Source of the DNA: a bacterium
GTDB lineage: Bacteria > Patescibacteriota > Patescibacteriia > UBA9570
Reading direction: 5' to 3'
Assembly: GCA_030698395.1 (NCBI GenBank)
Contig: JAUYKW010000018.1
Coordinates: 44,726 to 108,725, forward strand
Length of the DNA: 64,000 nucleotides
In this document: positions 37,832 through 48,721 of the stretch, piece after piece
How positions within the stretch are numbered: the stretch's first letter is position 1
Layout: each line of letters starts with the position of its first letter
The notes under the pieces: model-generated
Database searches by the model: none
Told to the model about the DNA's origin: nothing
The model's input: the letters and a program-made list of their open reading frames with translations, nothing else
Program-made: the position numbers and the translations under genes

Positions 37832-39383
37832 AAATAACGTATGATGTATTTTCGTAAATAACAGGATAATATTCTGATTTGTTTGTACTCCAGATACTTT
37901 TATAAACCGGTGAATCTTTACTAATAATGAAGTAACTAATACCTAGCTCAGCAATATTGGATGTATTTCTTTCGTTTTTTGGTTTAGCAATAATAGTATA
38001 CATTGCATGAAGTCTTTGATAAGTTGGGTTTTCTGGTTGATTGATAATTTCGGAAAATGGAGAAGATGGATTAAGAACATTAAATTTTTGTATATCACGA
38101 TGATTTAAACTGTACCATGGGTAATAAATAGTATGGCCAGAGTACCATAATGGAGCATGGAGAATTTCTTGATTAGTTGCGCTTTGGACACCTAATAACC
38201 TGCCAGTATGATTCGTATCATCTAGCCATTCAAGCGCTTCAGCAAAACCATCATGTGGTCGATAGCGGAAAGACCACCCTTCGATATCATCTTTCATAAA
38301 CACTACGGCATGAGTTGCTTGTGCACCTACAATTAAAACTGCAAACAAGACAAATACAATAGGTGTAAATTTTAAATACTTTCGTAATTCTACTAAGCCG
38401 AAACTTGCAAAAATAGCCAGACTTATCCAAGCAAAAGGAATGAATCTGTTAGGTAGGATGCCAATTCCAAACAATGGTAGGTGGCCTAGAATTATAGGTA
38501 CTAGCAACATGATTAGAAGTAACCATTTTATTTGTTTAGTTATTTTTGATAAACCAAAAACTAAACCAACTCCTGCTAGCATTGTAATTAAGTATCCCCA
38601 AATTGCTGGATGATCCCAAATTGGATGATAAAAACCAGGCAGACTATTATTTATGAAGTAGCCGATCATACCTTTGATAGACACAGGAAATATAGCTAAT
38701 GTAAAATCAAGCACTAAAACAATAATTCCAGTAGTAATTAGACCAATTTTTATTTTCCATGATTTTATATAAAAAAGAACAAACCATGAGGAAAATACAA
38801 TTGCCGCAATGCCGAAAGATAAATCATGAACGAGAGCTAGTAGGCTAAATGGTGACAAAGCAAAAGCGATCCATCGATGTTGCTGTTTAGTGATGGCCAA
38901 AATAGCAAAAATAATACAAAAAATAATTAGCATATAACCAAATAGATTTTGCGGAGTCAAAACTAATGACCTTATTAGAGCAGGAGACAAAGCAGAAAAT
39001 AATCCAGCAAATAGAGCAATGGTTGGAGATTTACTTAATAACCAGCCTATTAACCAAACTCCTACAACGCATGCCAAAAAAGCTAGACCACCTGTTAATA
39101 ATAATAGATGATGACTTTGGATGGGCAATATTTTTAATAATCCTGCATGGATGATTTGTAGAACAGGATAGGTAGATGGTCGCCAACACATTTCATAACT
39201 ATTTCCGGTTAATGAATAAGTACTGAACTCACCGGTTTCGGCTAATACTTTGGCTCCGCAGGCTAATCCACTAGCATCTGGCGTGATGGCAAAATCATTC
39301 CAATATAGTGATATGAAAACTAAAAATATAGCCACTATTGCTACAATACTTAAGCTGAGGGTGATTTTTAATTTTTTATTCAT
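37815..39383 (-). CDS. Polytopic membrane protein, putative GT-C-fold glycosyltransferase (PMT/ArnT/YfhO-like architecture)
   Basis: It is 522 aa with about 12 TM helices. The first extracytoplasmic loop carries acidic residues (TPDASGLACGAKVLAETGEF). The C-terminal soluble domain is about 150 aa. It sits divergent from a polyprenyl-P GT2 plus DUF2304 pair. Confidence 0.45.
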   Translation of the reverse strand: MNKKLKITLSLSIVAIVAIFLVFISLYWNDFAITPDASGLACGAKVLAETGEFSTYSLTGNSYEMCWRPSTYPVLQIIHAGLLKILPIQSHHLLLLTGGLAFLACVVGVWLIGWLLSKSPTIALFAGLFSALSPALIRSLVLTPQNLFGYMLIIFCIIFAILAITKQQHRWIAFALSPFSLLALVHDLSFGIAAIVFSSWFVLFYIKSWKIKIGLITTGIIVLVLDFTLAIFPVSIKGMIGYFINNSLPGFYHPIWDHPAIWGYLITMLAGVGLVFGLSKITKQIKWLLLIMLLVPIILGHLPLFGIGILPNRFIPFAWISLAIFASFGLVELRKYLKFTPIVFVLFAVLIVGAQATHAVVFMKDDIEGWSFRYRPHDGFAEALEWLDDTNHTGRLLGVQSATNQEILHAPLWYSGHTIYYPWYSLNHRDIQKFNVLNPSSPFSEIINQPENPTYQRLHAMYTIIAKPKNERNTSNIAELGISYFIISKDSPVYKSIWSTNKSEYYPVIYENTSYVIYDLKP

Positions 39384-39643
39384 GCGAAACAGACTGTGTT
39401 ATTTTACGTATATAATTAAGTCTTGAATATTAGCACTATAGCGCACGTTGGTCGATATTGCCTTATATTGTTATCCTTCTATTAGATTTGAGATGATTGA
39501 GATCTATAAATATGACAATAATGACAATTAATTATAACATGATCAATTAAGCTGGTTTAGTATAATATAATATCATTATCTCTTGCAAATATTGAGAAAA
39601 TGTGGTTTTCTTAACGATACATTAGTAAAAATTAAGTAAATTC

Positions 39644-40306
39644 ATGAAATCAATAGCAGTAATACCGGCATATAATGAAGAGATTCATTTACAAGAAGTG
39701 TTAGATAAAGTTAGGTCATATGTATCTCAAGTTATTGTGATTGATGATGGTTCATCAGATAGTAGTTTTGAGATCGCAGATAGTATGGGTGGCCAGGTAA
39801 TCGCTCTTCAGCATGAAATAAATTTAGGAAAGGGAGCAGCTCTAAAGACTGGATGTGACGCTGCCAAAAAGTTGGGTGCAGATTATATAATATGTATGGA
39901 TGCGGATAATCAGCACAAGCCAGAGAGTATACCAAAATTTCTAGATGCATTAGTAGATGAAGATATTGATATAGTATTCGGAGCAAGACAGTTTAATAAA
40001 GATATGCCATTTATGATGTTTATGGGAAATAGAGTTTTATCGGTAATTATTAATAAACTTTTTCATATTTTTGTTCACGACACTCAATCTGGCTATCGGG
40101 CGTTTACAGTTGATGCTTATGATAAGTTGAAATGGGAGAGTAGTGGATATGAGGCAGAAACCGAAATGATTGTTCGAGCCAGTGAGTATCATTTAAAATA
40201 TGCAGAGGTAGATATTGATACTATTTATCATGATGACTATAAAGGGACTACAGCAATAGACGGGATCAAGATATTACTTCAAATAATTAAGTGGAAACTT
40301 CTATGA
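39644..40306 (+). CDS. GT2 polyprenyl-phosphate glycosyltransferase (GtrB/CsbB/ArnC-like)
   Basis: Motifs: IAVIPAYNEEIHL; VIVIDDGSSDSS; ICMDADNQH; FGARQ. Length 220 aa. Confidence 0.8.
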   Translation: MKSIAVIPAYNEEIHLQEVLDKVRSYVSQVIVIDDGSSDSSFEIADSMGGQVIALQHEINLGKGAALKTGCDAAKKLGADYIICMDADNQHKPESIPKFLDALVDEDIDIVFGARQFNKDMPFMMFMGNRVLSVIINKLFHIFVHDTQSGYRAFTVDAYDKLKWESSGYEAETEMIVRASEYHLKYAEVDIDTIYHDDYKGTTAIDGIKILLQIIKWKLL

Positions 40307-40650
40307 CAAATATTCAAATAGTAGCATCAATTTTTGGCTTAGCTATGATATATATGACGTTTTTGCAGTATAAACGAGGAGCGTTCAATAGATATCAATT
40401 TGTTATTTGGGTAGTATTATTTCTTAGTTTTGTAATTGTAATTTGGTTGCCGGATAAGTTTAATTTTATAACGGAACGTTTAGGTATTTCACGCGCATTT
40501 GATTTATTTTCTATCATTGCTTTTGTTATCATATTGTTTCTTACATTTCATAATTATTTATTAATAACGAGGATAGAAAAGAGATTAGAAACTAAAGTTC
40601 GAGAAAAAACTTTAACGAAAGTAGATTCATTTAAGGATAAACAACAATAA
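40291..40650 (+). CDS. DUF2304-family small membrane protein (frequent partner of polyprenyl-P GT2 enzymes)
   Basis: It is 119 aa with three or four TM helices and overlaps the 3' end of the preceding GT2 gene. The GT2-plus-small-membrane-protein pair is typical of this family. Confidence 0.6.
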   Translation: METSMTNIQIVASIFGLAMIYMTFLQYKRGAFNRYQFVIWVVLFLSFVIVIWLPDKFNFITERLGISRAFDLFSIIAFVIILFLTFHNYLLITRIEKRLETKVREKTLTKVDSFKDKQQ

Positions 40651-40660
40651 TAAAATTTTT

Positions 40661-41710
40661 ATGAAAAAAGCATTACTAATTGGAATCACAGGACAAGACG
40701 GATCTTACTTAGCAGAACTATTATTAGACAAAGGCTATGAAGTTCATGGTACAATGCGGAGATCTAGCCAATTTAATACTGGACGAATTGATCACTTGTA
40801 TAAGGATCCACATTTAAATGGAGTAAGACTTTTTTTACATTATAGTGATTTAACTGATGGAAGTAATTTAGCTAGATTAATTAGAGAAATTAAACCAGAC
40901 GAAATTTATAATTTAGGTGCTCAAAGTCATGTGCGGGTTAGTTTTGATATTCCGGAATATACAGCTATGGTGACTGGATTAGGAACGCTTAAAATTTTAG
41001 ATGCGATTCGCGATGTAAAAAAGGATACAAAGTTTTATCAAGCATCAAGTTCAGAGATGTTTGGTTTAGTACAGGAAGTACCACAAAAAGAAGATACGCC
41101 TTTTTATCCAAGATCACCATATGCAGTGGCTAAAGTTTATTCATACTGGATTACTAGAAATTACCGGGAAGGATATGATCTTTTTGCTAGTAATGGTATT
41201 TTGTTTAATCATGAATCACCCCGACGTGGAGAAACATTCGTAACTAGAAAGATAACCAGAGCTTTATCTAAGATAAAATTGGGCATCGATAAAAAATTGT
41301 ATTTGGGCAACATGGATGCAAAACGTGATTGGGGATATGCTCCTGATTATGTTGAAGCTATGTGGATGATGATGCAACAAGATAAACCAGATGATTATGT
41401 AATAGCAACTGGGGAAACTCATTCAGTGCGAGAGTTTGTAGAAGTTGCTGCAAAATGTTTGGATATTGATGTTATTTGGGAGGGTAAGGGAGTTGATGAG
41501 AAAGGCTATAATAAAAAAACGGGAGAGGAAATTGTTAATATAGATCCTAAATATTTTCGACCAACTGAGGTTGATTTATTAATTGGTGATTATTCCAAAG
41601 CTAAGAAAGATTTAGGTTGGGAACCGAAAGTTACTTTTAAAGAGCTAACTCAAATCATGATAGATGCGGATTACGATTATTATGTACGCGAGAAAGGACA
41701 TATAAAATAG
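40661..41710 (+). CDS. gmd: GDP-mannose 4,6-dehydratase
   Basis: Motifs: [29 protein letters not shown]; [19 protein letters not shown] (catalytic YxxxK); [10 protein letters not shown]. Length 349 aa. Confidence 0.9.
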   Translation: MKKALLIGITGQDGSYLAELLLDKGYEVHGTMRRSSQFNTGRIDHLYKDPHLNGVRLFLHYSDLTDGSNLARLIREIKPDEIYNLGAQSHVRVSFDIPEYTAMVTGLGTLKILDAIRDVKKDTKFYQASSSEMFGLVQEVPQKEDTPFYPRSPYAVAKVYSYWITRNYREGYDLFASNGILFNHESPRRGETFVTRKITRALSKIKLGIDKKLYLGNMDAKRDWGYAPDYVEAMWMMMQQDKPDDYVIATGETHSVREFVEVAAKCLDIDVIWEGKGVDEKGYNKKTGEEIVNIDPKYFRPTEVDLLIGDYSKAKKDLGWEPKVTFKELTQIMIDADYDYYVREKGHIK

Positions 41711-41711
41711 T

Positions 41712-42641
41712 ATGGATAAAAATGATAAAATATATATTGCTGGACACCGAGGATTAGTTGGTAGTGCGATAGTACGAAAGTTGGAAGCAGAGGGTTTTAC
41801 TAACATTATTAAGCGTACTAGAAAAGAATTAGATTTAGTAAATCAAGCAGCCGTTACAGAATTTTTTGCTACTGAAAAACCAGATTATGTATTTTTAGCT
41901 GCAGCTAAAGTAGGTGGCATTAATGCTAACGATATTTATCCTGGTGATTTTATTTATCAGAATTTACAGATTCAGAATAACATTATTAGTAATGCTAAAG
42001 AAGTTGGAGTTAAGAAATTATTGTTTTTAGGCAGTAGCTGTATTTATCCTAAATTGTCTAAGCAGCCAATGAAAGAAGAGTATCTTTTAACAGGAACTTT
42101 AGAGCCAACAAATGAACCGTATGCTATAGCAAAGATTGCTGGTATAAAAATGTGTCAATCATACAATAAACAATATGGGACGAATTTTATCTCTGTGATG
42201 CCGACAAATTTATTTGGTTTTAATGATAACTTTGATTTAGAAAAATCACATGTACTACCAGCATTATTACGAAAAATTTATGAAGCAAAAAAAAATAATC
42301 AATCCACTGTTACGGTTTGGGGAACAGGAAAGCCACGTCGTGAATTTTTGTTTGTTGACGATTTAGCTGATGCAGTTTATTTTTTGATGCAGAACTATGA
42401 TGAGGATGAAATAGTAAATATTGGCACTGGTGAAGATATTATGATTTCAGAGTTAGCAGAATTGATTAAGAAGGTAATAGGTTTTGAAGGCGAAATTGTA
42501 TATGACGCAAGTAAACCTGATGGAACTCCGCGAAAATTATTAGATGTAAGTAAATTAAATGGACTTGGTTGGAAAGCAGATACTTCGCTTGAGGACGGTA
42601 TTAGAAAAACTTTTGAATGGTTTCAGGCTAACTTGCCTTAA
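41712..42641 (+). CDS. fcl: GDP-L-fucose synthase (GDP-4-keto-6-deoxy-D-mannose 3,5-epimerase/4-reductase)
   Basis: The N-terminus [19 protein letters not shown] is typical of this family. Further motifs are catalytic YAIAKIAG and [23 protein letters not shown]. It is immediately downstream of gmd. Confidence 0.9.
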   Translation: MDKNDKIYIAGHRGLVGSAIVRKLEAEGFTNIIKRTRKELDLVNQAAVTEFFATEKPDYVFLAAAKVGGINANDIYPGDFIYQNLQIQNNIISNAKEVGVKKLLFLGSSCIYPKLSKQPMKEEYLLTGTLEPTNEPYAIAKIAGIKMCQSYNKQYGTNFISVMPTNLFGFNDNFDLEKSHVLPALLRKIYEAKKNNQSTVTVWGTGKPRREFLFVDDLADAVYFLMQNYDEDEIVNIGTGEDIMISELAELIKKVIGFEGEIVYDASKPDGTPRKLLDVSKLNGLGWKADTSLEDGIRKTFEWFQANLP

Positions 42642-42643
42642 AT

Positions 42644-43414
42644 ATGAAGGTATCTATAATTACACCTTCATATAATCAGAAAAATTTTATTGCCCAAACA
42701 ATAGAAAGCGTTATTAATCAGCGTGGTGATTTTGAGTTGGAGTATATTATTATTGATGGTTCATCTACTGATGGATCAATTGATATTATTAAAAAGTATG
42801 CAGCAATGGATGCTAGAATAAAATGGCTTTCTGAAGAGGATCGTGGGCAATCACATGCAATCAATAAAGGATTAAAAATGGCTACTGGTGATATAGTTGC
42901 TTATTTGAATTCGGATGATGTTTATCTAAAAGATGCTTTAAAAAAATTAGTGGCAGAATTTTCCAAACAGAAAGACTTAAAATGGTTATATGGTGGTTGT
43001 AATATCATAGATGAATCTGGAGATGAAACACGAGGCATAATAACAAAATATAAAGAGTGGCTAGGAAAAAAATATTCGTATAACAAACTATTAGTAGTGA
43101 ATTTTATTAGCCAGCCAGCAGTTTTTTGGCGACGGGATTTATTAGATGAAATTGGATTTATCAATGAAGATGAGCACTTAGTTATGGATTATGAATATTG
43201 GTGCAGACTTGGCAAGAAGTACCAACCTTATAAGCTAACAGATAACATAGCTGCGTTTCGTTCGTATACTGATAATAAAAGTAGCCAAGGTTTTGTAAAG
43301 CAATTTAAGCGAGAAGCACAAATAGCTAAAAAATATTCCAATAGTTTTATATTAAACATTTTGCATTTGATACACGTAGGAGGAATAATTATGATTTATA
43401 AAATAATTTCTTAG
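42644..43414 (+). CDS. GT2 family glycosyltransferase
   Basis: Motifs: VSIITPSYNQKNFI; IIIDGSSTDGS; YLNSDD (DxD). Confidence 0.8.
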   Translation: MKVSIITPSYNQKNFIAQTIESVINQRGDFELEYIIIDGSSTDGSIDIIKKYAAMDARIKWLSEEDRGQSHAINKGLKMATGDIVAYLNSDDVYLKDALKKLVAEFSKQKDLKWLYGGCNIIDESGDETRGIITKYKEWLGKKYSYNKLLVVNFISQPAVFWRRDLLDEIGFINEDEHLVMDYEYWCRLGKKYQPYKLTDNIAAFRSYTDNKSSQGFVKQFKREAQIAKKYSNSFILNILHLIHVGGIIMIYKIIS

Positions 43415-44578
43415 ATGAAAATTCTTCAGGTTATTCCATATTTTGTGCCGGCCTTTAGTTATGGCGGTCCTATCCAGACATGTTTAGTTATATCTCAGCA
43501 CATGGTTAATAATGGCCATGAGGTAACTGTTGCTACAACAGATACTCTTGATGGTAAAGAGAGAATATATTTTCTAAATGAGGATATCGATGGAATTAGA
43601 GTTGTGAGGTTTCGGAATGTAAGTAATTCAATTGCAAAAAAAACTAATTTATTTTTGCCGATAGGTTTTAGAAAATGGTGTAAAGATAATATAAAACAAT
43701 TTGATATTATTCATTGTCATGATTTTTTTACGTACCAAAATATTGTAGTTAGGTACTATGCAAAGAAATATCACATTCCTTTCATAATTCAACCACATGG
43801 ATCTTTAGAGGATGTGCGATTACAGGCTAGGTTTGGTTTTATAAAAAGATTTTTTATTCGAAAAGTTCTTTTTTTATTATTAGAAGCTAAATATGTTATT
43901 GCTCTAACTAAAGCAGAACAACTGACAATAAATAAGATTGATTCAAATGCAAATGTTTCAATTGTACCAAATGGCATTAATTTGGATCAGTATTATGATG
44001 TTCAAGAAATTAATTTGCATGCGAAATATAATTTACCTGCAGATACAAAGTTAATTTGTTTCTTAGGAAGAGTACAATACATCAAGGGATTAGATCATTC
44101 CTTATTAACACTTAAGCATCTAGTTGGTAAGGTGGCATTTCATTTTTTTATTATCGGACCCAACGAAGGTGATGAACAACAACGATTAGAGAATATAATT
44201 AAAGAAGATAATTTAGAAAAATTTGTTACTTTTGTAGGATTATTATCTGGAATGGAAAAGAAGCAATTTATTAAATCATGTGATTCATTTTTAATGTTAT
44301 CACGCAGTGAAGGATTGCCAATATCTATTTTAGAAGCTGCGGCCGTTGGTTTACCGACTATGATTTCATATGAGTGTCATGTTCCAGAATTAGCAGTTTT
44401 AAATGCTGGGTACGAAGTTGATAAGATTGATTATGTTAATAATGCAAAAATACTCAAGAATTTTTTTGATTCTTCTGATATTTCAGATAACATGCGGATG
44501 CAAGCAAGGGCAGTAGTTGCGGATAAATTTTCCGTCCCAAAGATGGTAACCAAAATAAAGTCTTTATATCAGGATTAG
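43415..44578 (+). CDS. GT4 (group 1) glycosyltransferase
   Basis: The N-terminus KILQVIPYFVPAFSYGGP is typical of GT4. The C-terminal half has the EGLPISILEAAAVGLP (E-x7-E) motif. Confidence 0.8.
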   Translation: MKILQVIPYFVPAFSYGGPIQTCLVISQHMVNNGHEVTVATTDTLDGKERIYFLNEDIDGIRVVRFRNVSNSIAKKTNLFLPIGFRKWCKDNIKQFDIIHCHDFFTYQNIVVRYYAKKYHIPFIIQPHGSLEDVRLQARFGFIKRFFIRKVLFLLLEAKYVIALTKAEQLTINKIDSNANVSIVPNGINLDQYYDVQEINLHAKYNLPADTKLICFLGRVQYIKGLDHSLLTLKHLVGKVAFHFFIIGPNEGDEQQRLENIIKEDNLEKFVTFVGLLSGMEKKQFIKSCDSFLMLSRSEGLPISILEAAAVGLPTMISYECHVPELAVLNAGYEVDKIDYVNNAKILKNFFDSSDISDNMRMQARAVVADKFSVPKMVTKIKSLYQD

Positions 44579-46554
44579 CTATCTGGCGTATTTATTTTTT
44601 TGGTACCGTATATTGTACGGTATTTTTTGTGATTGAATTTGTAGAGCATCCATTGTGTTCGGTTGCCAATTCTCTGTTCATCTACTTTGGTAAATGCTAA
44701 AGGGTATTTATCTAATACCTTGTAAAATTCTTGGAGATCTTTTTGATTATTACTATTATTTAGGATCCAGTAATAATTAATTCCATTTTTACGTAACTTA
44801 TTTGTGAGTAGTTCATTTGGTTTGATGGTGAAATATCTTTGTTGGTAATTTGTGTCGAATGTTCTAATAAGGGCTACAGCGTGATTATTACGAATTTGTA
44901 TATCTGAGGAATAGTATTGAGTTTCATAGAAATGAGCATTACTAGCTATTAAACCATTATTAGATGCATTTTTTAATGAGTCTGTAGCGGTAGGTGCGCC
45001 ATAATCATATCCGTAAGTTGCTAAGGACAACTTGTTATTAAAATAAAAAGGAGCCATTTTTAAACAGAGTAAGGTAATTATTATTAATCCGAGGATGGGG
45101 TATTTCTGTTTGAGTTTTATCTTTGGGAATAATATGACTCCTATTAAGAGAATCACAAAAAGTGCAATAAAAATTATCGGTTTATAAGTTAATAGAGTTG
45201 CAAGAAATGAGGCATTTGCTAGTGCACTACCATATACAAGATCTTTGATATCAAACCAATACAAAATTACAAAAAATATAAATACTGATGAAAATATAAT
45301 TGATTGTCGTTTGGAGAATTTTGTTAGTATTTGGCGAGCGGCGAGAAATGTAAAGTAAATAATACAAACTAATATTGGCAATGTAACTCGGAAACCAATA
45401 ATGCTTTCAGCCTCATGATAATTCAGATAAACGAATACGAGGAGTAATGTCATCATTACAATGTCTGGTCGTATTTTACTATAATGTTTTTTAAAATTGT
45501 TAAATATTCGCTTTGCACTTATCCAAATCCCTAGAGATGTTAAAGGTAAAATAAAAATATTTAAATCTTGCTCGGAAAAATTATAAGAATAAATCAACCA
45601 AAGTTTTTGAAAGAAGTTAGCAGGTGCGCGTTGAATTTGAGATTCAACTAATCCTGTTGGAATTTCTCTTGAGTATTCCGCAATAGCAATTTTAGATTGG
45701 CTTAATTCACTTATTAGTGGAGTATCAGATGGGCTAAGAGAAAGAATTTGATCCAGCACAGAAAAAATAAGTTTGTTGATGAAAATGTATATATCACCAA
45801 ATACAAAACGAAGAAGATTTTCATATAAGCGGGGATATGGCAACATGTTAAAATCTAGTAATAGTATCGTTGCAATAAAAGTAGGGAAGGCAATTATTAA
45901 AGATTCTTTTATGATATATAATATTTTATATGATATTTCTTTATTTATTTTCCAAGAGTCTAGTATAGTAATTGTAAAAATCATTGGAGCAGCCAGCAAC
46001 AAATAGTAATCTTTTATCAACATTAGCAACAATAGGCCAAGACCAATTTGATATGCTTTGGCTTTTTTTGCCAGTAAGTAGACTAGGAAAGTAAATGCAA
46101 AAGTTGCTGGAATGTCTAGCATTAAACGAACCGAGAATATCCAAAAACCTGGAATTAGTAATAAGATAAAAAGAAACCACTTGCGTCTTTCCTTTTTAAT
46201 GTCTAAATGATTAGTAAGTAAATAAAGGGATATTATAAATCCAGCAGCGAAGATAAAAATTGGAATTCTATATTCAGTTAGAGTCTGAGGATTTGTGATT
46301 AGATTGTATAAAAATGCTACAAACGCCACTAAAAATGTATGCTCTGTATTAATGTTATACCAGGAAATTTCTCCATTAAATGCACCTTTGAAAGCGTTAA
46401 CAATGTTTGCATAGATATACTCATCAGGTGTGGGCCATATCCAGTTATTTAAAAGGGCAAGAAATATTAAGGAAAATAATAAAAAAAATATCAAGGTAGA
46501 ATGTTGTTTGAGGAATTTTACTAGTTGTTGTATTATCTTCATTTTATATCTCAC
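44575..46554 (-). CDS. GT-C-fold membrane glycosyltransferase (PMT/ArnT, GT39/GT83-like)
   Basis: It is 659 aa with about 12 TM helices. The first loop carries WPTPDEYIYANIV, matching the DE-x-Y catalytic motif of PMT/ArnT-type polyprenyl-phosphate-sugar-dependent transferases. The C-terminal soluble domain is about 160 aa. Confidence 0.6.
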   Translation of the reverse strand: MRYKMKIIQQLVKFLKQHSTLIFFLLFSLIFLALLNNWIWPTPDEYIYANIVNAFKGAFNGEISWYNINTEHTFLVAFVAFLYNLITNPQTLTEYRIPIFIFAAGFIISLYLLTNHLDIKKERRKWFLFILLLIPGFWIFSVRLMLDIPATFAFTFLVYLLAKKAKAYQIGLGLLLLMLIKDYYLLLAAPMIFTITILDSWKINKEISYKILYIIKESLIIAFPTFIATILLLDFNMLPYPRLYENLLRFVFGDIYIFINKLIFSVLDQILSLSPSDTPLISELSQSKIAIAEYSREIPTGLVESQIQRAPANFFQKLWLIYSYNFSEQDLNIFILPLTSLGIWISAKRIFNNFKKHYSKIRPDIVMMTLLLVFVYLNYHEAESIIGFRVTLPILVCIIYFTFLAARQILTKFSKRQSIIFSSVFIFFVILYWFDIKDLVYGSALANASFLATLLTYKPIIFIALFVILLIGVILFPKIKLKQKYPILGLIIITLLCLKMAPFYFNNKLSLATYGYDYGAPTATDSLKNASNNGLIASNAHFYETQYYSSDIQIRNNHAVALIRTFDTNYQQRYFTIKPNELLTNKLRKNGINYYWILNNSNNQKDLQEFYKVLDKYPLAFTKVDEQRIGNRTQWMLYKFNHKKYRTIYGTKKINTPDS

Positions 46555-46586
46555 TAGAAGCAGGCTTTATTATATAAAAAAGTCTA

Positions 46587-47450
46587 TTATCTCACCAATT
46601 TGAACGGGGATAGAATAGCTACTTTTGTAATTTTTATAGCATGAAATCCAATAAGTAGGACAATATGCTTTATTTTGTAGTATTGGTTGGGACAATTCTT
46701 TAATAAATATTTAATCATATAAATCATATTGCTGTGTGATTTTATATGAAAGGCATCATCAAAAGCTTGTTTGAGAGTTGGGTTTTTTATCCTAGATTCA
46801 ATTCCTGATTTAATCCCAGTATCGTGAGAAACAGCATCATAAGATACCACCATTTTAAAACCAGCCCTTTTTACTTGCAGAAAAAAATCATAATCTGATA
46901 GATAATGGGGAAAGCGTTTATAATCAAAGGCAACTTTAGAAAAAACTTCTATCGGTAGGAGCGTGAATCTGCCTGTCATTACATCAATCTGTCCATCATA
47001 AACACCATTTTCTTGAATTGGTATCAGAGGATATGTTCTGGTTTTCCATTTAGCTACATGCCCGCCACTAATTATTTTTCCCGTGGAATTTTTTATTGCT
47101 GCAGCAACGACAGCTCTATTATACTTCAAGCTAGTTTGATAGCAGATTTCTAAAGCATCTTTTTCTGGAAAGTGATCATTGTTAGCAAACAGAATGAAAT
47201 CTTCCGGTTGAGCTTCTTTTTTTATATACTCAACCCCCATAGCCATGGTTCTTGTCCAGAAAACGTCACCCTTAGTAGATAGTATTTTTACTTTTGGAAA
47301 ATGTTTTTTTATTGCTTCAACCGAACCATCTGTTGAAGCATCATCAACTACCACAATTTCAAAATCTTGCATTGTTTGGCTATAAATTTTTTCTATAAAC
47401 TTGAGCGTAGTGTCTCGACGATTATAAATGGCTGTTAATACATAAATCAT
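46587..47450 (-). CDS. GT2 family glycosyltransferase
   Basis: Motifs: YVLTAIYNRRDTTLKFI; VVVDDASTDGS; FANNDH. Confidence 0.75.
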   Translation of the reverse strand: MIYVLTAIYNRRDTTLKFIEKIYSQTMQDFEIVVVDDASTDGSVEAIKKHFPKVKILSTKGDVFWTRTMAMGVEYIKKEAQPEDFILFANNDHFPEKDALEICYQTSLKYNRAVVAAAIKNSTGKIISGGHVAKWKTRTYPLIPIQENGVYDGQIDVMTGRFTLLPIEVFSKVAFDYKRFPHYLSDYDFFLQVKRAGFKMVVSYDAVSHDTGIKSGIESRIKNPTLKQAFDDAFHIKSHSNMIYMIKYLLKNCPNQYYKIKHIVLLIGFHAIKITKVAILSPFKLVR

Positions 47451-47462
47451 AATTGATACAAT

Positions 47463-48635
47463 CTATTCAGAAAGTTCTAATAAATTATCAGCAAAGGCTT
47501 TGATGGTGAATTTCTGTTGGGAGCGTAGATAGTTACTTTCCAAAATTTTTGTTCGTTCAGTATCATCAAGATTTAAACAGAAAAGTATTTTTTCTATCAT
47601 GGATTGTTGATTTCCTTGCTGAAAGATAAATCTATCATCTCCTACAACTTCAGGGATTGCTCCATTGTTACTTCCAAGAATTAATGTTTTCGTCATCATA
47701 GCTTCAACCAAAACTCTTCCAAATAATTCATAGAAGTCTCTCTTTCCTTTATTAGTAGGCAAAATAAGTAAATCAATTATATTATATAGATATACTAGAC
47801 GATCGTAATCTTGGGCACCTAACATAAAGCAACGTTTTTCTAATTTATGTTCTGTAATGTATTTTTTACATTTCATAATATATTCTTCATTCCCATCACC
47901 AGCCACTACAAATGAAACATGTTCTGGTAAATCAGCTAATGCTTGAATTATATTCAATACTCCTTTTTCAGGAACAACTCGGCCAACAAAGCCGAGAATA
48001 TATTTTTGATCAAAAATAATTTCCTGCTTTAACTTTTTTACGAGTTTTGCACTTGATAAGTTAAGAGGTTTAAATTGAGCGGGGTCACTACTCCAGTAAA
48101 CAGTTTTAACTTTATTGCCGATTGGTAAAGCTTTCTTAATTCTTTCTTCTTGGCCATGGTTACGGGCTACAAATCTATGGGCAAATAACTTATTAAATTT
48201 TAAAAGTATTCTAACAGGCCATGGTAGGTAGCTGGAATCTTCAAAATATTTTGCCTGACTCCAGGTAACAATACGATATCGTTTAAAGAAGAGTAATTTG
48301 TAAAGAACTACAAAGAACGTATCGAATGTAAAGGTTTCATCGGTTACAATTATTATATCTGGATTATGTTGCATGATAGCCAAAGGTAAGGCTGGGAAGT
48401 ATCCAGATAATAGATACGTTTTTTTTCTGAATAATTTTCCCGGAATGTACTCAACATTATTAATCGTTTTACGTTCCAGAAAATATTGTGGCTGATATCC
48501 ATTGGTATATTGCACTTCTTTTGGTAAAACTACTTTTACCTCAAATCCAGGTCGATTTCCTATTTCACTAAAAAAATCTTGAAATTGGTGATTTGCCCCG
48601 TAATGGCTTAAGAATAGAATTTTTGTGATATCCAT
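47463..48635 (-). CDS. GT4 (group 1) glycosyltransferase
   Basis: It has the C-terminal GT4 Rossmann domain with ...GRVVPEKG... and ELFGRVLVEAMMTKTLILGSNNGAIPEVV. Start is at the Met at 48635 or 48683. Confidence 0.75.
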   Translation of the reverse strand: MDITKILFLSHYGANHQFQDFFSEIGNRPGFEVKVVLPKEVQYTNGYQPQYFLERKTINNVEYIPGKLFRKKTYLLSGYFPALPLAIMQHNPDIIIVTDETFTFDTFFVVLYKLLFFKRYRIVTWSQAKYFEDSSYLPWPVRILLKFNKLFAHRFVARNHGQEERIKKALPIGNKVKTVYWSSDPAQFKPLNLSSAKLVKKLKQEIIFDQKYILGFVGRVVPEKGVLNIIQALADLPEHVSFVVAGDGNEEYIMKCKKYITEHKLEKRCFMLGAQDYDRLVYLYNIIDLLILPTNKGKRDFYELFGRVLVEAMMTKTLILGSNNGAIPEVVGDDRFIFQQGNQQSMIEKILFCLNLDDTERTKILESNYLRSQQKFTIKAFADNLLELSE

Positions 48636-48721
48636 AAATTGCCTACTATTTTCATTGTAGCTTTGTGTATGGTAACAGAACAATGATATGAGGACAATAT
48701 CATGGATACATTATCATTGCC

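Noticed and set aside
39384-39643. The 260-bp divergent intergenic region between the GT-C-like gene and the GT2 gene as a possible small RNA or riboswitch
   Set aside because: It is very AT-rich with several -10-like hexamers and no conserved-looking structured element. It is more consistent with a bidirectional promoter region, and nothing specific could be supported.
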